From positions 47,626 to 111,625 of IMG/VR virus record IMGVR_UViG_3300031992_004562: DNA of 64,000 nt, one strand, 5' to 3'. Position numbers and translations under genes: made by a program. The notes under the pieces were generated by a model. It was not told the origin of the DNA and made no database searches. It saw only the letters and a list, made by a program, of their open reading frames with translations. Positions within the stretch are counted from its first letter, which is position 1; each line of letters begins with the position of its first letter. The DNA is from a virus. Its lineage: Duplodnaviria > Caudoviricetes. This document shows, one piece after another, positions 32,801-44,683 of the stretch.

Positions 32801-34690
32801 ATGAATACACAACTTATCAAATTATTTAATGTAGCATTAGTAGAGAATGAAAAAATGTCTATGTCTCAATTTAAAGAGATTAATCAGCTTGCAGCTCAAG
32901 TTGGATATTTTGTTCATCCTGACGTATGTAATCAATCAGTTCTTGTTTTTTTAAAAGAGCAAGTCATCAATCCTAATGCAACATTTTATAAGAGTTGGAT
33001 TGATGTAACTTCTAAAACACGTTTGGAATTGTTGTTTGATCAACTTTTTCATTATCTTACAACATATGGAACAAACTTTGCACTTGGTAATGGCTACGTT
33101 CCTAATGATGGTGATAATGATGCACCGCTTTTGGATTATAGTTTATTTAAAACTATTATGCCAATCTCTCGTGAAGAACTTTATGATAAGTGTCTTGGTA
33201 TGCTTACATCAGGTGTGGCTCTTAAGAAAGAAACAATGAGAGCTTGTGCAGACTTTGTTATTGAAGAAGTTCATAATGGTGCATTAATCAACGTTGATGA
33301 AATTAAGAATCGTGAGGCATTGGTTTATATTTGTACTAGCCTTAATATTTGGCCATCTAATGCAATGAATTTGTTTAGAACACTTATGTATCTTACAACA
33401 GATGATACATTAATTGTTAATAATGATGCAACTATTAACAAGATTAAGAGAAGTTCACACCCATTTAATTTTAATAAGTTGGGTGAAAATGATTTGGTAC
33501 GTTTATCATCAATTTTCTTAAGATTTAAGAATTTATTCTTGGCATTTAAACATAATACAAATATTGATAATAAGTCTGTTATTAATAAGCTTCGTAAATT
33601 GGCAGTTACATATCATAGACCATTCATTGCAGGGTTTTGGCAAACTTTATTTTCTGAGCCAAAAATTGAAGAAGAGATTAAGCTTCATCTTGGTGAATTA
33701 ACAACTTTTAAAAAGGTTGCATTAATGCAAACATGCCTTGAGAGAATTGGTAATGTTGATAATAAAATTTATGTTATTAGAAATGGCAAAATTTTCTTCA
33801 AAGAGGGTTGTCAAGCACAAATGCCATATGTAACATATTATGTTCAAGTTTATAACATTTTAAGAGAAAGTGTTATTGAAACATTAAAAGCTAATTCTCA
33901 AAAGGAAGTAATTGTTGCAGATATTGAAACAGAAGGTGTTGAGCCTACTGTAACAACCATTAAGAAACCTAAAGTTATTAAAGTTTATAATGGTATGTCT
34001 GTAGCATTGCCAACTTCTGAAAAATCATATATTGGAAACTATCCATTTGGAACTTCATATGAACTTACAAATAATAATTTTGTAGCGTGTTATTGGAGAA
34101 ATGAGTGGGGAACACATGATTATGATTTATCTTTGACAGATGATCGTGGCGAAAAAATTGGCTGGAATTCAAGGTATTACAATGGTGCACAAAATATCAT
34201 TTATTCTGGTGATATGACTGAAGCACAACCTGAGGCATGTGAGGTTATCAAAATTTTTGATCCAACAGATTTTATGGCAGTAGTAAAAATCAACCAATAT
34301 AGAGGCAATGCAAAATCTAAATTTGAATTATTGTTTGGGCAAACAACTAAGGAATATGAAGCATATCAAAACTTCATGGTAGATCCAAATGAAATTAAAT
34401 TTAGAGCCACTATTGAGCATGAAGATAAGAAAGAACTTCAAATCGCATTAATTGCTAATAATAAAGTTACTCTTATGGAAGTGCATAGTGGAAATTCCAT
34501 TGTAAGCCGAGCATTTGGCAAGTCAAAAGAGTATATGAATGCGCTTGCAGATAAAACAAGATATTTTGTAGATGCAGCAGAACTTTTAAAAGAGGCTGGG
34601 TATGAAATTGTAGATGAAACATATACAGGTGATGTAGATGTTGACTTTGCAAATTTGGAAAAAGATTCATTGATTAAGCTTATGGCTTAA
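32801..34690 (+). CDS. Large hypothetical protein with TerD-like C-terminal region
   Basis: W..DYDLS..IGWN..YSGDMT pattern; no TAG. Confidence 0.65.
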   Translation: MNTQLIKLFNVALVENEKMSMSQFKEINQLAAQVGYFVHPDVCNQSVLVFLKEQVINPNATFYKSWIDVTSKTRLELLFDQLFHYLTTYGTNFALGNGYVPNDGDNDAPLLDYSLFKTIMPISREELYDKCLGMLTSGVALKKETMRACADFVIEEVHNGALINVDEIKNREALVYICTSLNIWPSNAMNLFRTLMYLTTDDTLIVNNDATINKIKRSSHPFNFNKLGENDLVRLSSIFLRFKNLFLAFKHNTNIDNKSVINKLRKLAVTYHRPFIAGFWQTLFSEPKIEEEIKLHLGELTTFKKVALMQTCLERIGNVDNKIYVIRNGKIFFKEGCQAQMPYVTYYVQVYNILRESVIETLKANSQKEVIVADIETEGVEPTVTTIKKPKVIKVYNGMSVALPTSEKSYIGNYPFGTSYELTNNNFVACYWRNEWGTHDYDLSLTDDRGEKIGWNSRYYNGAQNIIYSGDMTEAQPEACEVIKIFDPTDFMAVVKINQYRGNAKSKFELLFGQTTKEYEAYQNFMVDPNEIKFRATIEHEDKKELQIALIANNKVTLMEVHSGNSIVSRAFGKSKEYMNALADKTRYFVDAAELLKEAGYEIVDETYTGDVDVDFANLEKDSLIKLMA

Positions 34691-34734
34691 GCCTTGGACC
34701 TTGTACAATCAGAATTAGAAAATGAATAGTATGG

Positions 34735-34768
34735 AGAAACTTCGATGAGATATCGAGGTTTCTTTTTT
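34735..34768 (+). terminator. Intrinsic terminator
   Basis: AGAAACTTCGAT/ATCGAGGTTTCT followed by T run. Confidence 0.7.
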
Positions 34769-34784
34769 AATAAATATATTGAAT

Positions 34785-35783
34785 ATGAAAAGATTTAATA
34801 AGCAAATATTAGAAGCAATCAATAGGGGTGTTTAGTTGGCACTTGATGATTTTGATTATAATGAAGATATAACAAAATCTAAAACTGATATAATTAATAC
34901 TGAAGAATATGCATTTAGTATTATAAACACATTATATAAAAAACTAACATCTGAAATATTAACTGTTTAGGAATTAGACCGTTTGGTACAATATTATCAA
35001 ATAACAAAGCAAAAATATAAAGTTTATTCTAGACAAGAGCTAAAAAGAATTATTGATTATGTAATTGGTGTTTATCAATCTGGTGATTTTGTTAAAGGAC
35101 TTAATCCTGATATAAAAACATTAAATTGGATAGATGTTTCTGAAGTAAAATATATGGATGAACTATTTAAAGGATTATAGTTTACATCAGATATTTCTGA
35201 ATGGGATGTTTCTAATGTTTTAACAATGTCAAATATGTTTGAAAACGCTACATTCACTTCAGACATTTCAAAATGGAATGTTTCTAAAGTTACAACAATG
35301 TATGGAATGTTTTCAGCATGTAATTTTGAAAGTGAATTATCTGATTGGGATGTTTCCCATGTAACTGATATGGGACATATGTTTTTCATTTCACCATTTA
35401 ATGGAGATATTTCAAAATGGAATGTTAAAAATGTAACTAATATGCCATATATGTTTTATGCAGCTGTATATTTTAATCAACCAATTGGAAAATGGAATAT
35501 GTCCAAAGTTAATAATATTGATGGTATGTTTAATATGGCTAGTAGTTTTAATTAGGATATTTCTAAATGGAATATTTCTAATGTTAAATCTTCTGAGCTT
35601 GCGTTTAGCAAATCTGGATTTGATTAGGATTTATCTAAATGGGATGGCGGAAATTTATCAATGACTACATTTAAAGGCAGTAAGATTTCTTCAAATCATT
35701 TACCAAAGTTTTGGCAAGAAAATGAAATGAATTTAGATGGCAAAAGAATATTAAATACATATTTACCAAAAGATTGGAATTAA
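34785..35783 (+). CDS. Leader A + DUF285/BspA-like LRR protein, code 15
   Basis: MKRFNKQILEAINRGV(Q)LALDDFD; FNGDISKWNVKNV repeats; FN(TAG)DISKW. Confidence 0.88.
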
Positions 35784-36502
35784 TGAAAAATTATAATAAA
35801 ATATTAGAAGCCGTTCATCGTGGTATTTAGTTAGCACTCGATGATTTTGAAGATATAGAAGATAATAATTCTATATTTTAGAGTAATGATGTCATTGATA
35901 CAGATGATTATATAGATGATAGAGTTACATATAATAAATTATTAGAAAAGTTTTTTGATTAGATGAGTGATAGCTTAGTTATAAAAGTATCTAAAGATGA
36001 TTTAAAAAAACTTGCAAATTTATCCAAAAATCTTGGTATGAAATTTAAAGTTGAAGATAATAGATTTTTACAAGATATAATTAAAACTGTTTGTAGAATA
36101 GATAAGTCTGCAAATTTAAATTGGATTGACACATCAGAAGTAACCAATTTTGAAAATCTATTTAATATGACACTATTTCATGGTGATATTTCAGAATGGG
36201 ATACACATAATGTCAAAAACATGTATTCATGCTTTGCTTATTCTCAATTCAATGGCGATATATCAAGATGGGATGTATCAAATGTTGAAAATATGAATTG
36301 GATGTTTTAGGGTTCTTGGTTTAACAAACCAATTGAAAATTGGAATGTAGCTAAAGTAAAAAGTATGAATGGAATGTTTAGTGAATCGCATTTTAATTAG
36401 AATATATCTAAATGGAATGTTGCAAATTGTAAAGGTTATATAAAATTTAATAATAAAAGCACATTAAAAAAATCTAATATACCACCAAAATTTAGAAAAT
36501 GA
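35783..36502 (+). CDS. Leader A + DUF285/BspA-like LRR protein, code 15
   Basis: MKNYNKILEAVHRGI(Q)LALDDFED; FNGDISRWDVSNV; TAATG coupling to previous gene. Confidence 0.88.
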
Positions 36503-36504
36503 TT

Positions 36505-36909
36505 ATGGACTCAAATAAGAAAAAACAATTATATGAATAGATTATGACTTCAGTTTCTAAAGAAGTCAAAAAAGTTTTAAATGAAGCACGTGCTAAAAAA
36601 TATGAATTCTCTAAAAAAGATTTAGATGAAATCAAAAAGTATATACTAAATGATGAAGATTTTTATAAAACATATTGTCAATATGCAAATTTAGATAGAT
36701 ACGATTCATATGAAGAAGCAGTAGATGATGTAATGAATTTTTTAGAATAGGATGTGTATACGGGTGATCCAGAAGATGATTTAGTAGTCCATAAATGGTA
36801 TATGTTAGATGAGCCTGATTTAGGGTGTTCATGGATGCAATTAAAATCTGGCAAAATTGCAAATTTAGATAATATATATAAAGAATTCAAAGGAATGATT
36901 GAAGAATAA
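36505..36909 (+). CDS. Leader B + hypothetical domain, code 15
   Basis: MDSNKKKQLYE(Q)IMTSVSKEVKKVLNE; two TAG. Confidence 0.8.
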
Positions 36910-36943
36910 AATAAGTTCTAGATTCACTTCTAGAACTTATTTT
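36908..36943. terminator. Bidirectional terminator
   Basis: AAAATAAGTTCTAGA/TCTAGAACTTATTTT inverted repeat. Confidence 0.75.
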
Positions 36944-37007
36944 TCTTATATAGTAGTTTATATGTTTTTAACTTTAAAATGCACCAGATTTAACAAGATT
37001 AACTTGA

Positions 37008-37376
37008 TTATTGGTTCATTACTATACCAAGGCATTTTAATTGATTTATTGAAATATTAATAACAGCATAATCAGATTTATTATAATGATCCTTTCCAAA
37101 ATCTACAGTTACATCAACATTAAACTTATCTCTATCATATGAAATATTTGATAAAATTGTGGTTTTAACTAATTCTGTAATTTCTTCTTGATTATAACTT
37201 AAATTAAAAATATATTTCTTAATATTTGCACCAAAATATGGAGCACCAAGAACATCACCATATGATGTTCCTAATATCATCTTTATCTATGATAATATTT
37301 GTTCCATTTCATTAGTTGTCTCAACTAATGGAACATATTGCTAATCTGATGCTAATCTATTATAAATATCAATCAT
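37008..37376 (-). CDS. Baseplate wedge subunit, T4 gp25-like, code 15
   Basis: ILS(Q)IKMILGTSYGDVLGAPYFGANIKKYIF; ATG 37376. Confidence 0.72.
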
Positions 37377-37377
37377 A

Positions 37378-39303
37378 TTATGTTAATGGTGTATATTTTG
37401 TAAGTGTTCTTGATAATTTATTTGATTTCTTTTCTTCAAATTTAATATTAAATGCTGAAATTCCAGATATGCTTTGTTTTTCTGAATATTGTGTTCCATT
37501 TTTATCTAAGAACCCACCTCTAACTAATGGAAGAATGTCTTTAACATTCATTATTTGTCCATTATTGTCTTTAATGGTTCTTGTTAAAATAATATCTCCA
37601 TATCCATCAATACCATCAAAATTATTTCCATAGATATTTTTATTATTTACATCTGCAACAAATTGTGCTTTAACAGAATCTACTCCAGGAACATCATTTT
37701 CAAATATAGAAATAATATCAGAAATAGGAATCATATCTTTACGTTCTCTATTTATAAAGTATTCTGATAATTTATCTAATGCAGCTGCATATACTTCTTG
37801 TTCATCATAATTTTCCCAAATTTTAACTTGAACATTTAATGCAAATCTTGCAATTTTTGGTTGAATTATTCTATTTTCAAGTGTTATAATTCGTTGACCA
37901 GATGCATTAATTAAATTAATAATATTTTCTTGTTCATCTTCTGATAACCAGAATAATGATTCATCACATGTAAAATAATTTGAAGATGATGGCATACGTT
38001 TTTTAATATCTGGAACTAAGAAAATATAAATTGTATTATCTCTATATGTGTTATCTGATAATTTTGTAGATGTGTATTTATACATCTAATATTTCTTTTC
38101 CATTTCTTTATGAGCCTACGCAACTTCTTCACTACCTTCACCATAAATATTAATCGCATCGTTATATAATGCTCTGGCATCGGTATAATCTTTATAAGCT
38201 TTATCACTTGCTAATTGCATAACAGATGAGCCATTAACAGTATATGATCCTCTAAATATTTCAATATCAGAAAACATATTCATTCGTCTAAAGAAATAAT
38301 TATAATTTACTTCAGATGCTAAAACATATGAACGACTAACATGTGGAGCAATTAATTGTGTTAATGCAAGATCTTCACCATATGTTCCAAATATAATATC
38401 AGTTGTCAATCTAATTTTGAAATTTCCATTTAATTTAACAGCCTCACCTGTAGGAAGAACACCAGTTCCATCCCATTCCCAATTATCTGCAATATTTACA
38501 TCATTCATAAATAAGTTGGAGTTTTCACCATCTGTGACAATATATTCAATAATAATTGTAGATGATTGAGGAGGAATTGCACCCATTGCACCATTTCCAA
38601 AAAATACATCAAGACCGGAATTAATGCCTGTACGAACTACACATCCTTTTTGATTAAATCCTAAATCTAAAATAGATTTATAAATTTCCCATGGTTCACC
38701 ATTTACATATACATTAATATAATATTGATCAACTTCTTGATAATTTCTTTCTGCAAAATTATATGATTGTAGTGGTTCACCTGTACCTGTTGCCTATTGA
38801 AGTTTAATTTCACCCTAAATTAAATTTGCATCAATATAATTGCCTGCATTCATTGTTATTTTTGCATTATTAGCACCAAATAAAAGTGTATAAGTTAAAC
38901 CATTTCTTTTACTAATTACCTTAGTTTTATTTGGAATATAACAAACACCACCATTTAATTGATAGTTTCCCGTATCAACATAATAAATTTGACATGCACC
39001 GCGAGCAGAAATTGGCCGTGAAGTATCATGCCCAGCCAACTATGCCAAACCTTTAACTTGGTCTGGACGGTATGCAGTACGAATATTTAAACCCGTAATA
39101 GAATCTTCAATATAATAAAATATCATTCTTCCAAGATGAAGAATAACTTGAAGCAATTGGCCAAAAGGTGATGCAGTATTAAATTCTTGCCCTGCAGCCT
39201 TATAAGTTGACTTGATATAAGCCAATGCGTCATAATACAATTCACTAAATTTTATTCTATTTAGTTTAAAAATTTTTATTTCTTTATCATCTTTATTAGC
39301 CAT
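37378..39303 (-). CDS. Baseplate wedge protein, T4 gp6-like, code 15
   Basis: Four ORF fragments in one frame; LA(Q)LAGH..AR; VFFGNGAMGAIPP..IEY; 641 aa. Confidence 0.8.
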
Positions 39304-39335
39304 ATGTAAGCCAATTTAATTTTACTTTTTATTTA

Positions 39336-40736
39336 TCATCTTAATGATGCATATCCCATTGTGTATACACTTACATTATTTGTATCGCTGCCAAATAATA
39401 TAGTACTTGAACATAATTTTTGATGTTCGTATGCCATTCTAGCTGCATCACTAAAAAATAATCTTGTATTATTTAATATTGATGTATCTAATGGTACTGG
39501 ATTTGTATCATTGGCACCAATAATAATATTATTATATCCTAAATTAAGATTCTAATTTGTAAGATTAATTAAAACATTATTATTTCCTTCAATATTAATA
39601 GAACAATCATTACAATTTATAAGAACATTATTATTTCCAACAATAACTACACTACAATCATCTACAAACTCATATGTAGCATTATTTATTGAATTATAAA
39701 TTTTATTAGATGATCCATTTGATATACATATGCCTGAGCTATAATATACATTATTATTTGAGCATTTTTTACTAAATGTAATTTTATCTGAATCATATAT
39801 TTCATTATTACTATAATAATATTCATTTTGATATGATAGAGCATATGTAAAATATATAGATGAATCATTTGGATCAAAATATAATTTATTATTTACAAAG
39901 CGTTTAATATTGCCCATATTAGAATTAGGATCAAATATTAAATAATGTATAGATGAATTTGTAAAATCAAAATTTCCTTCATTTCCATATTCATCTTTTA
40001 AATATGTAATTTTATTGGATGCTGTATCATAATGAAACTCTCCATATGTTTTATTATAATATGATGCATCATCTAAAGATACCTAAGAACAATCACCATT
40101 TATAGAAATATTCTAAACTTTAATACTCATAATTGGTGTATTCCAACTACGTGGCTCATAATCAATAAAATATATGTCATTTTCTTCTTCAGGAACTACT
40201 TTATCATTATTATAAATTAGTTCATGTAAATGACTCATAACTTCTTCACATTTTTTAACACTTGCATCCAAAGAACTCGTATTAATTGATGAAAGACTTG
40301 CATTAATATTTTGAATAGATGCATCAAAATAATATAATTGTTGATAATGATTTAATAATTCATGCAAATCTACATATGTATTATTAACAACACTAAATAA
40401 ACTAGAATTATACCAAAACTTATTTTTGTCTTTGTCATATGGATTATGTTCATCAACTGTATAAAGAGATGTATTTATATATACATGTGGATCGTTATTA
40501 GATAATTCATATACTGCATCAAATGATAAAGATTCTAATTCGTAAGGGGCAGTGTTAACAAATTTAAAATCTTTATTAAATTGCACAGGCATATTTTTAA
40601 CAAAAGACTTTCTATGAATAACTATTTTGCCATCTTCTTTTTTAGCCTATTCATAATATAGTGAATCAATATTCGTTATAGGAGAAATTTTGTTAAATCT
40701 ATTATCTAAATACTATACCTTTTTACTAGTAAACAT
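39336..40736 (-). CDS. Putative tail fibre/structural protein, code 15
   Basis: 466 aa continuous frame; ISPITNIDSLYYE and LKDEYGNEGNFDF shared with 30981..32438. Confidence 0.72.
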
Positions 40737-40753
40737 TCAATTATCAATTATTT

Positions 40754-40999
40754 TTACCATTTTTTCTATGGGCATCCGTCAATTGATACTCCATTTTCAT
40801 CCTCTGGGTAATCAACTCTAACTTTTGCCTTTATAATACATCCACATAATTCACAAATTCCATCTTTATTATGTGTGCAATTATTACATATTTCTAATCT
40901 TTCTTTTGCCTTCTATTTAGTTTTTCCAGAAATAATATTCCAAGTCCATACTAAATACCCAGCAATAATATAACATATATGTTTAAAAAAATTTTTCAT
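40754..40999 (-). CDS. Small Cys-rich protein (RLxICxxC..CxxCGC..AK..CPxxKW; DUF6171-like), code 15
   Basis: 81 aa with two TAG; absent from ORF track. Confidence 0.75.
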
Positions 41000-41001
41000 T
41001 T

Positions 41002-42957
41002 TTAAGCTTTCCATTCAACTTTGCCTTCATATAATGTTGAATTTTGTGTATCATCATTATCAATCATTAATGAGAAATATCTTTCTGATGCTGGCACACT
41101 CATAATAGCGCCTGCATTATCTTTACTAATATAGAATGATAATGATCCATTTCCATAATTTGTCTTATCATTGTCCAAATTTGCAAATATATCAAGAGTT
41201 CCACCTGATATTGATGGGAAAACTAATTTATATTTCCAAGGGCCTGTTAAATCATATGGAACACGTGTATTGTCCTAATTAAGTGTATATAATTTAATTA
41301 AATAATTAGATCCACTATGATTTAATTTAAGTGTAAGTTTTCCTTGTGCATATATATTTTCAGAACCATCATTTGCAACTAATTCTGTAACATCATAAAA
41401 TTCTCTAATAATTTTTGCATTAACAGATTTTTGTTCTTGGCTAGATATTATTGCATTTTGTTTTTCAATTTTATTAACAATTTTATAATTAATTACATTA
41501 GTTGTATCTATTGATGTTAATACATATTTGTAAGGATTTTTAATTGTCATTGATGCAGAACGAACAATATCAGTATTATTCATTCTATTATATAAATGAC
41601 AATTATATTGAATAACAATTGATTTGCAATTCATATTCAATCTCTCTTTAATATATGGAACAAATTTTGTAATATAAAAATCTCCATCATCTACAGTCTT
41701 TCCTGTATAATCAATTGTATTTGTATAATAATCTGTATATGATTCTGTTCCAGTATCTTCGCCACTGTTAGAATTATCAAGATGATAGATTCTATTATAA
41801 TTGTAAGTAACTGATAATTCATTAATGACAATCCATTTAAATACATCTTCACCATACATTTCAATAAAATCATCCATACCCTGATTAGCTGAATCATATT
41901 CACTATAATTTGTTAATGGAATTTCACCATTATTAAACTTAGTCATTATTTCAATATTTACTGGCTATACATTAAAACCATCACCATATGTTGGATGATA
42001 TATGATTGAATGTGTTGTAACATCTTCATATAATTTTACACCAAAATTATTTGCATTTGATTCTGGATAAATTGACATTTGCTTAATATTATCCAAAATA
42101 AATGTTGATGGACCATTTGAATTATGAGTATCTTCTAATTCAATATTATCAGGTGTAACTGTTGCAAATTCAACAATTATATTTGATGATCTATCAATTG
42201 TACCACGTAAATATATTTTATTCCCATCTTCATCTTCATCTTCATAAAGATAATCAATATCTCTATGATTAACTGCAATATCCTATGCAGATGGAAGTGT
42301 AATTTCAATATATCTATCATAAAATTTACTATTAAGATATAAAGGAGACTCTAACCAATGAATATTGTCTTTTAATTCTTCTTTTGGCATATACCAATTT
42401 AAAAGATAAACATAATCATCAATGCGTTTTACTAATGTTTGATCTTCTCCTGTTTCTTCATCTTGAAATTTTGTAGAAACTCTAAGAACTTTACCTTTTA
42501 CTTTTACAGAATATCCACCAATACTATTCATTACATATCCAGTTAAAAGATAAAGTCTAATTGTATCACAATATATTTGGTCTTCTCTATCTTCTTTTGG
42601 TGTTTCATCTGTATTTTTAATTATTGTTCCAGCAGTAAAATCAGTTTCAACTAATTCTTCTCCGTCATAATAATCTACAAATATATTACTTCCATATTGG
42701 TCAGTTTGGCTATTATAGCCTTTTGTTATTAATGAATTTTTACCACCGTAATATTGTGTAAATTTATCAGATTTCTAATATAATCCATGTTTCTAATTTT
42801 CATTTAACAAACAATATTGATTACCATCAATACCTTTATACATTATGAAATTTTTATTTTCTTTGCCAGAAGAATTTCTAAGTATAACATATTGATCTGT
42901 TTTATATTCTAATAATACTTGACCTGTTAATTGAAAAAACTTTGATTGTACAGCCAT
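41002..42957 (-). CDS. Putative structural protein, code 15
   Basis: ATG 42957; ORF fragments in one frame to TAA 41002; AATAAATA upstream. Confidence 0.72.
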
Positions 42958-43061
42958 AATAAACTATATATAAAATATTTTCTTTTATTATTTATTTTGC
43001 AAAAATAAAAGACCACTATTTTCACAGTGGTCTTAAAATATACTAATATTTTAATTTAAAA

Positions 43062-43676
43062 TTATTTTTTACCTGGGCGAATATTATTTTCATTTAAGAA
43101 TTTTGTAAATCTACCTGCGTTAAAATTGCGTGCTTCTTGAACCTTTTTATTTTCTCCACAACTTTCGCCACATTCTTTTCCTTCACATTGGCAAGGATTT
43201 TTTCCACATTTATCACAAACTTTGCCTTCTTTACATTCTTTTCCTTCATTTTTAGATTGGTTAGCCTATTCAGGTTGTTTGCCTTTTTGTTCACCATATG
43301 CATTACGAACTTCTTTAGCAAGGAAATTTGCTGTATATTGAATATCTTCATTTTGCATTTCTGGCAATTTATCTTGAATAGTTTTATCGCATCTATTCAA
43401 AATAGCATTTGCCAATTGAACAATATTAGCAATTTTTACTGGGTTTTCACCAATTTTTTTGCCTTTAATAAGACGTCCCATACCACGAAGAACATTTGCC
43501 CAATCATCTGGATTGGCGTTCTTAACAATGTTTTGAATTTGTTTGTCTTTCTTTACTAATTCAAGAAGTTTATCTGCAACTTCTGTATCATCAAATTGAA
43601 AATCTTCATTAAGAGTTTTTTTCAATTCTTTAGCAACATTATCCATGATGCTTTCATATAATTTTTTCTTATTCAT
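43062..43676 (-). CDS. Leader B + Cys-rich (CDKCGKNPCQC) protein, code 15
   Basis: MNKKKLYESIMDNVAKELKKTLNE; one TAG; ends TAA 43062. Confidence 0.8.
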
Positions 43677-43694
43677 ATAATATATTAATTATTT

Positions 43695-44285
43695 TTAATT
43701 ATCAATTCCTTTAAAACGATAGTTATTATAAATTGCTTCCATTTCTTTTGGTGTTCTATGAGCTGTGCCTAATTTTAGATCATTTAATGCAATTGCCATA
43801 CGATTTAATTCAGCATCAATTTTTTTACGTCTTTCTTTTTCTTCTGGAGAAATATTACTTGGTACACCCAACCAAATATCCCAATTATATAATTGTCTTA
43901 TCATAGTATTCCATCTTCCACCAGTCTCGTCATCATCTACTTCATCTAAAAGTTCTTCATACGAATGTTTATTCCAAACTATAATAAGATTTGTCTAATC
44001 ATCTACAATTTCTGCTGAACCTTCTTTATAATCAGGCCCAAAAATATTTTCACAAATATTGTCTTCAGCTTCAAATGTTTGAATCATAAATTTAATTAAT
44101 GCTTCTGTTAAGATTCTTCCATTTTCAGCTTTAGGGAATTTAATATAATTATAGATATATAGATCACCATCTATAGTTTCTGTTGCATATCTTTTAGCAA
44201 CCCAATATTCTAAGGATTCAAAATTAGCAAATATATAATTATTTACATAATTTTCCCATCTTTCATTACTTTCTTTAGCACTCAT
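43695..44285 (-). CDS. Hypothetical protein, code 15
   Basis: ORFs 43995..44285 and 43695..43904 joined through one TAG. Confidence 0.72.
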
Positions 44286-44652
44286 GAATATTATTATCTT
44301 TTAAGTAATTTTTAATTTTATTTAATATGCTTTGAAAATGCGTAGGTTTTTGATTAAGAATTTCTCTAATTTCAATAAAATCAAGACCCTCTGTATAATA
44401 TGTTGGAGTCTCTGCATTTTCATCTTCTATCATAACGGTTACAGCTGAATACCATACACCATTGTGTCTATTATTATCAACTATAAAAGGCTTTTTATTA
44501 TTTTTATCTTTGTCTTTATTTGCCTTTTTTGAAATTTTATCATTTAGGTATGCATATGATTTTAATGCAATTACTTCACCTACTTTATTATTAGTTGTTA
44601 AAACTAAATCGCCTATTTTTAAATCTGAAAAACTAAATTTTTGTTTGGCCAT
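44275..44652 (-). CDS. Hypothetical protein (KOW/SH3-like N-terminus)
   Basis: LKIGDLVLT..GEV. Confidence 0.6.
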   Translation of the reverse strand: MAKQKFSFSDLKIGDLVLTTNNKVGEVIALKSYAYLNDKISKKANKDKDKNNKKPFIVDNNRHNGVWYSAVTVMIEDENAETPTYYTEGLDFIEIREILNQKPTHFQSILNKIKNYLKDNNIHEC

Positions 44653-44683
44653 TATGTATAACTATATCTAATTTTTATATTTA

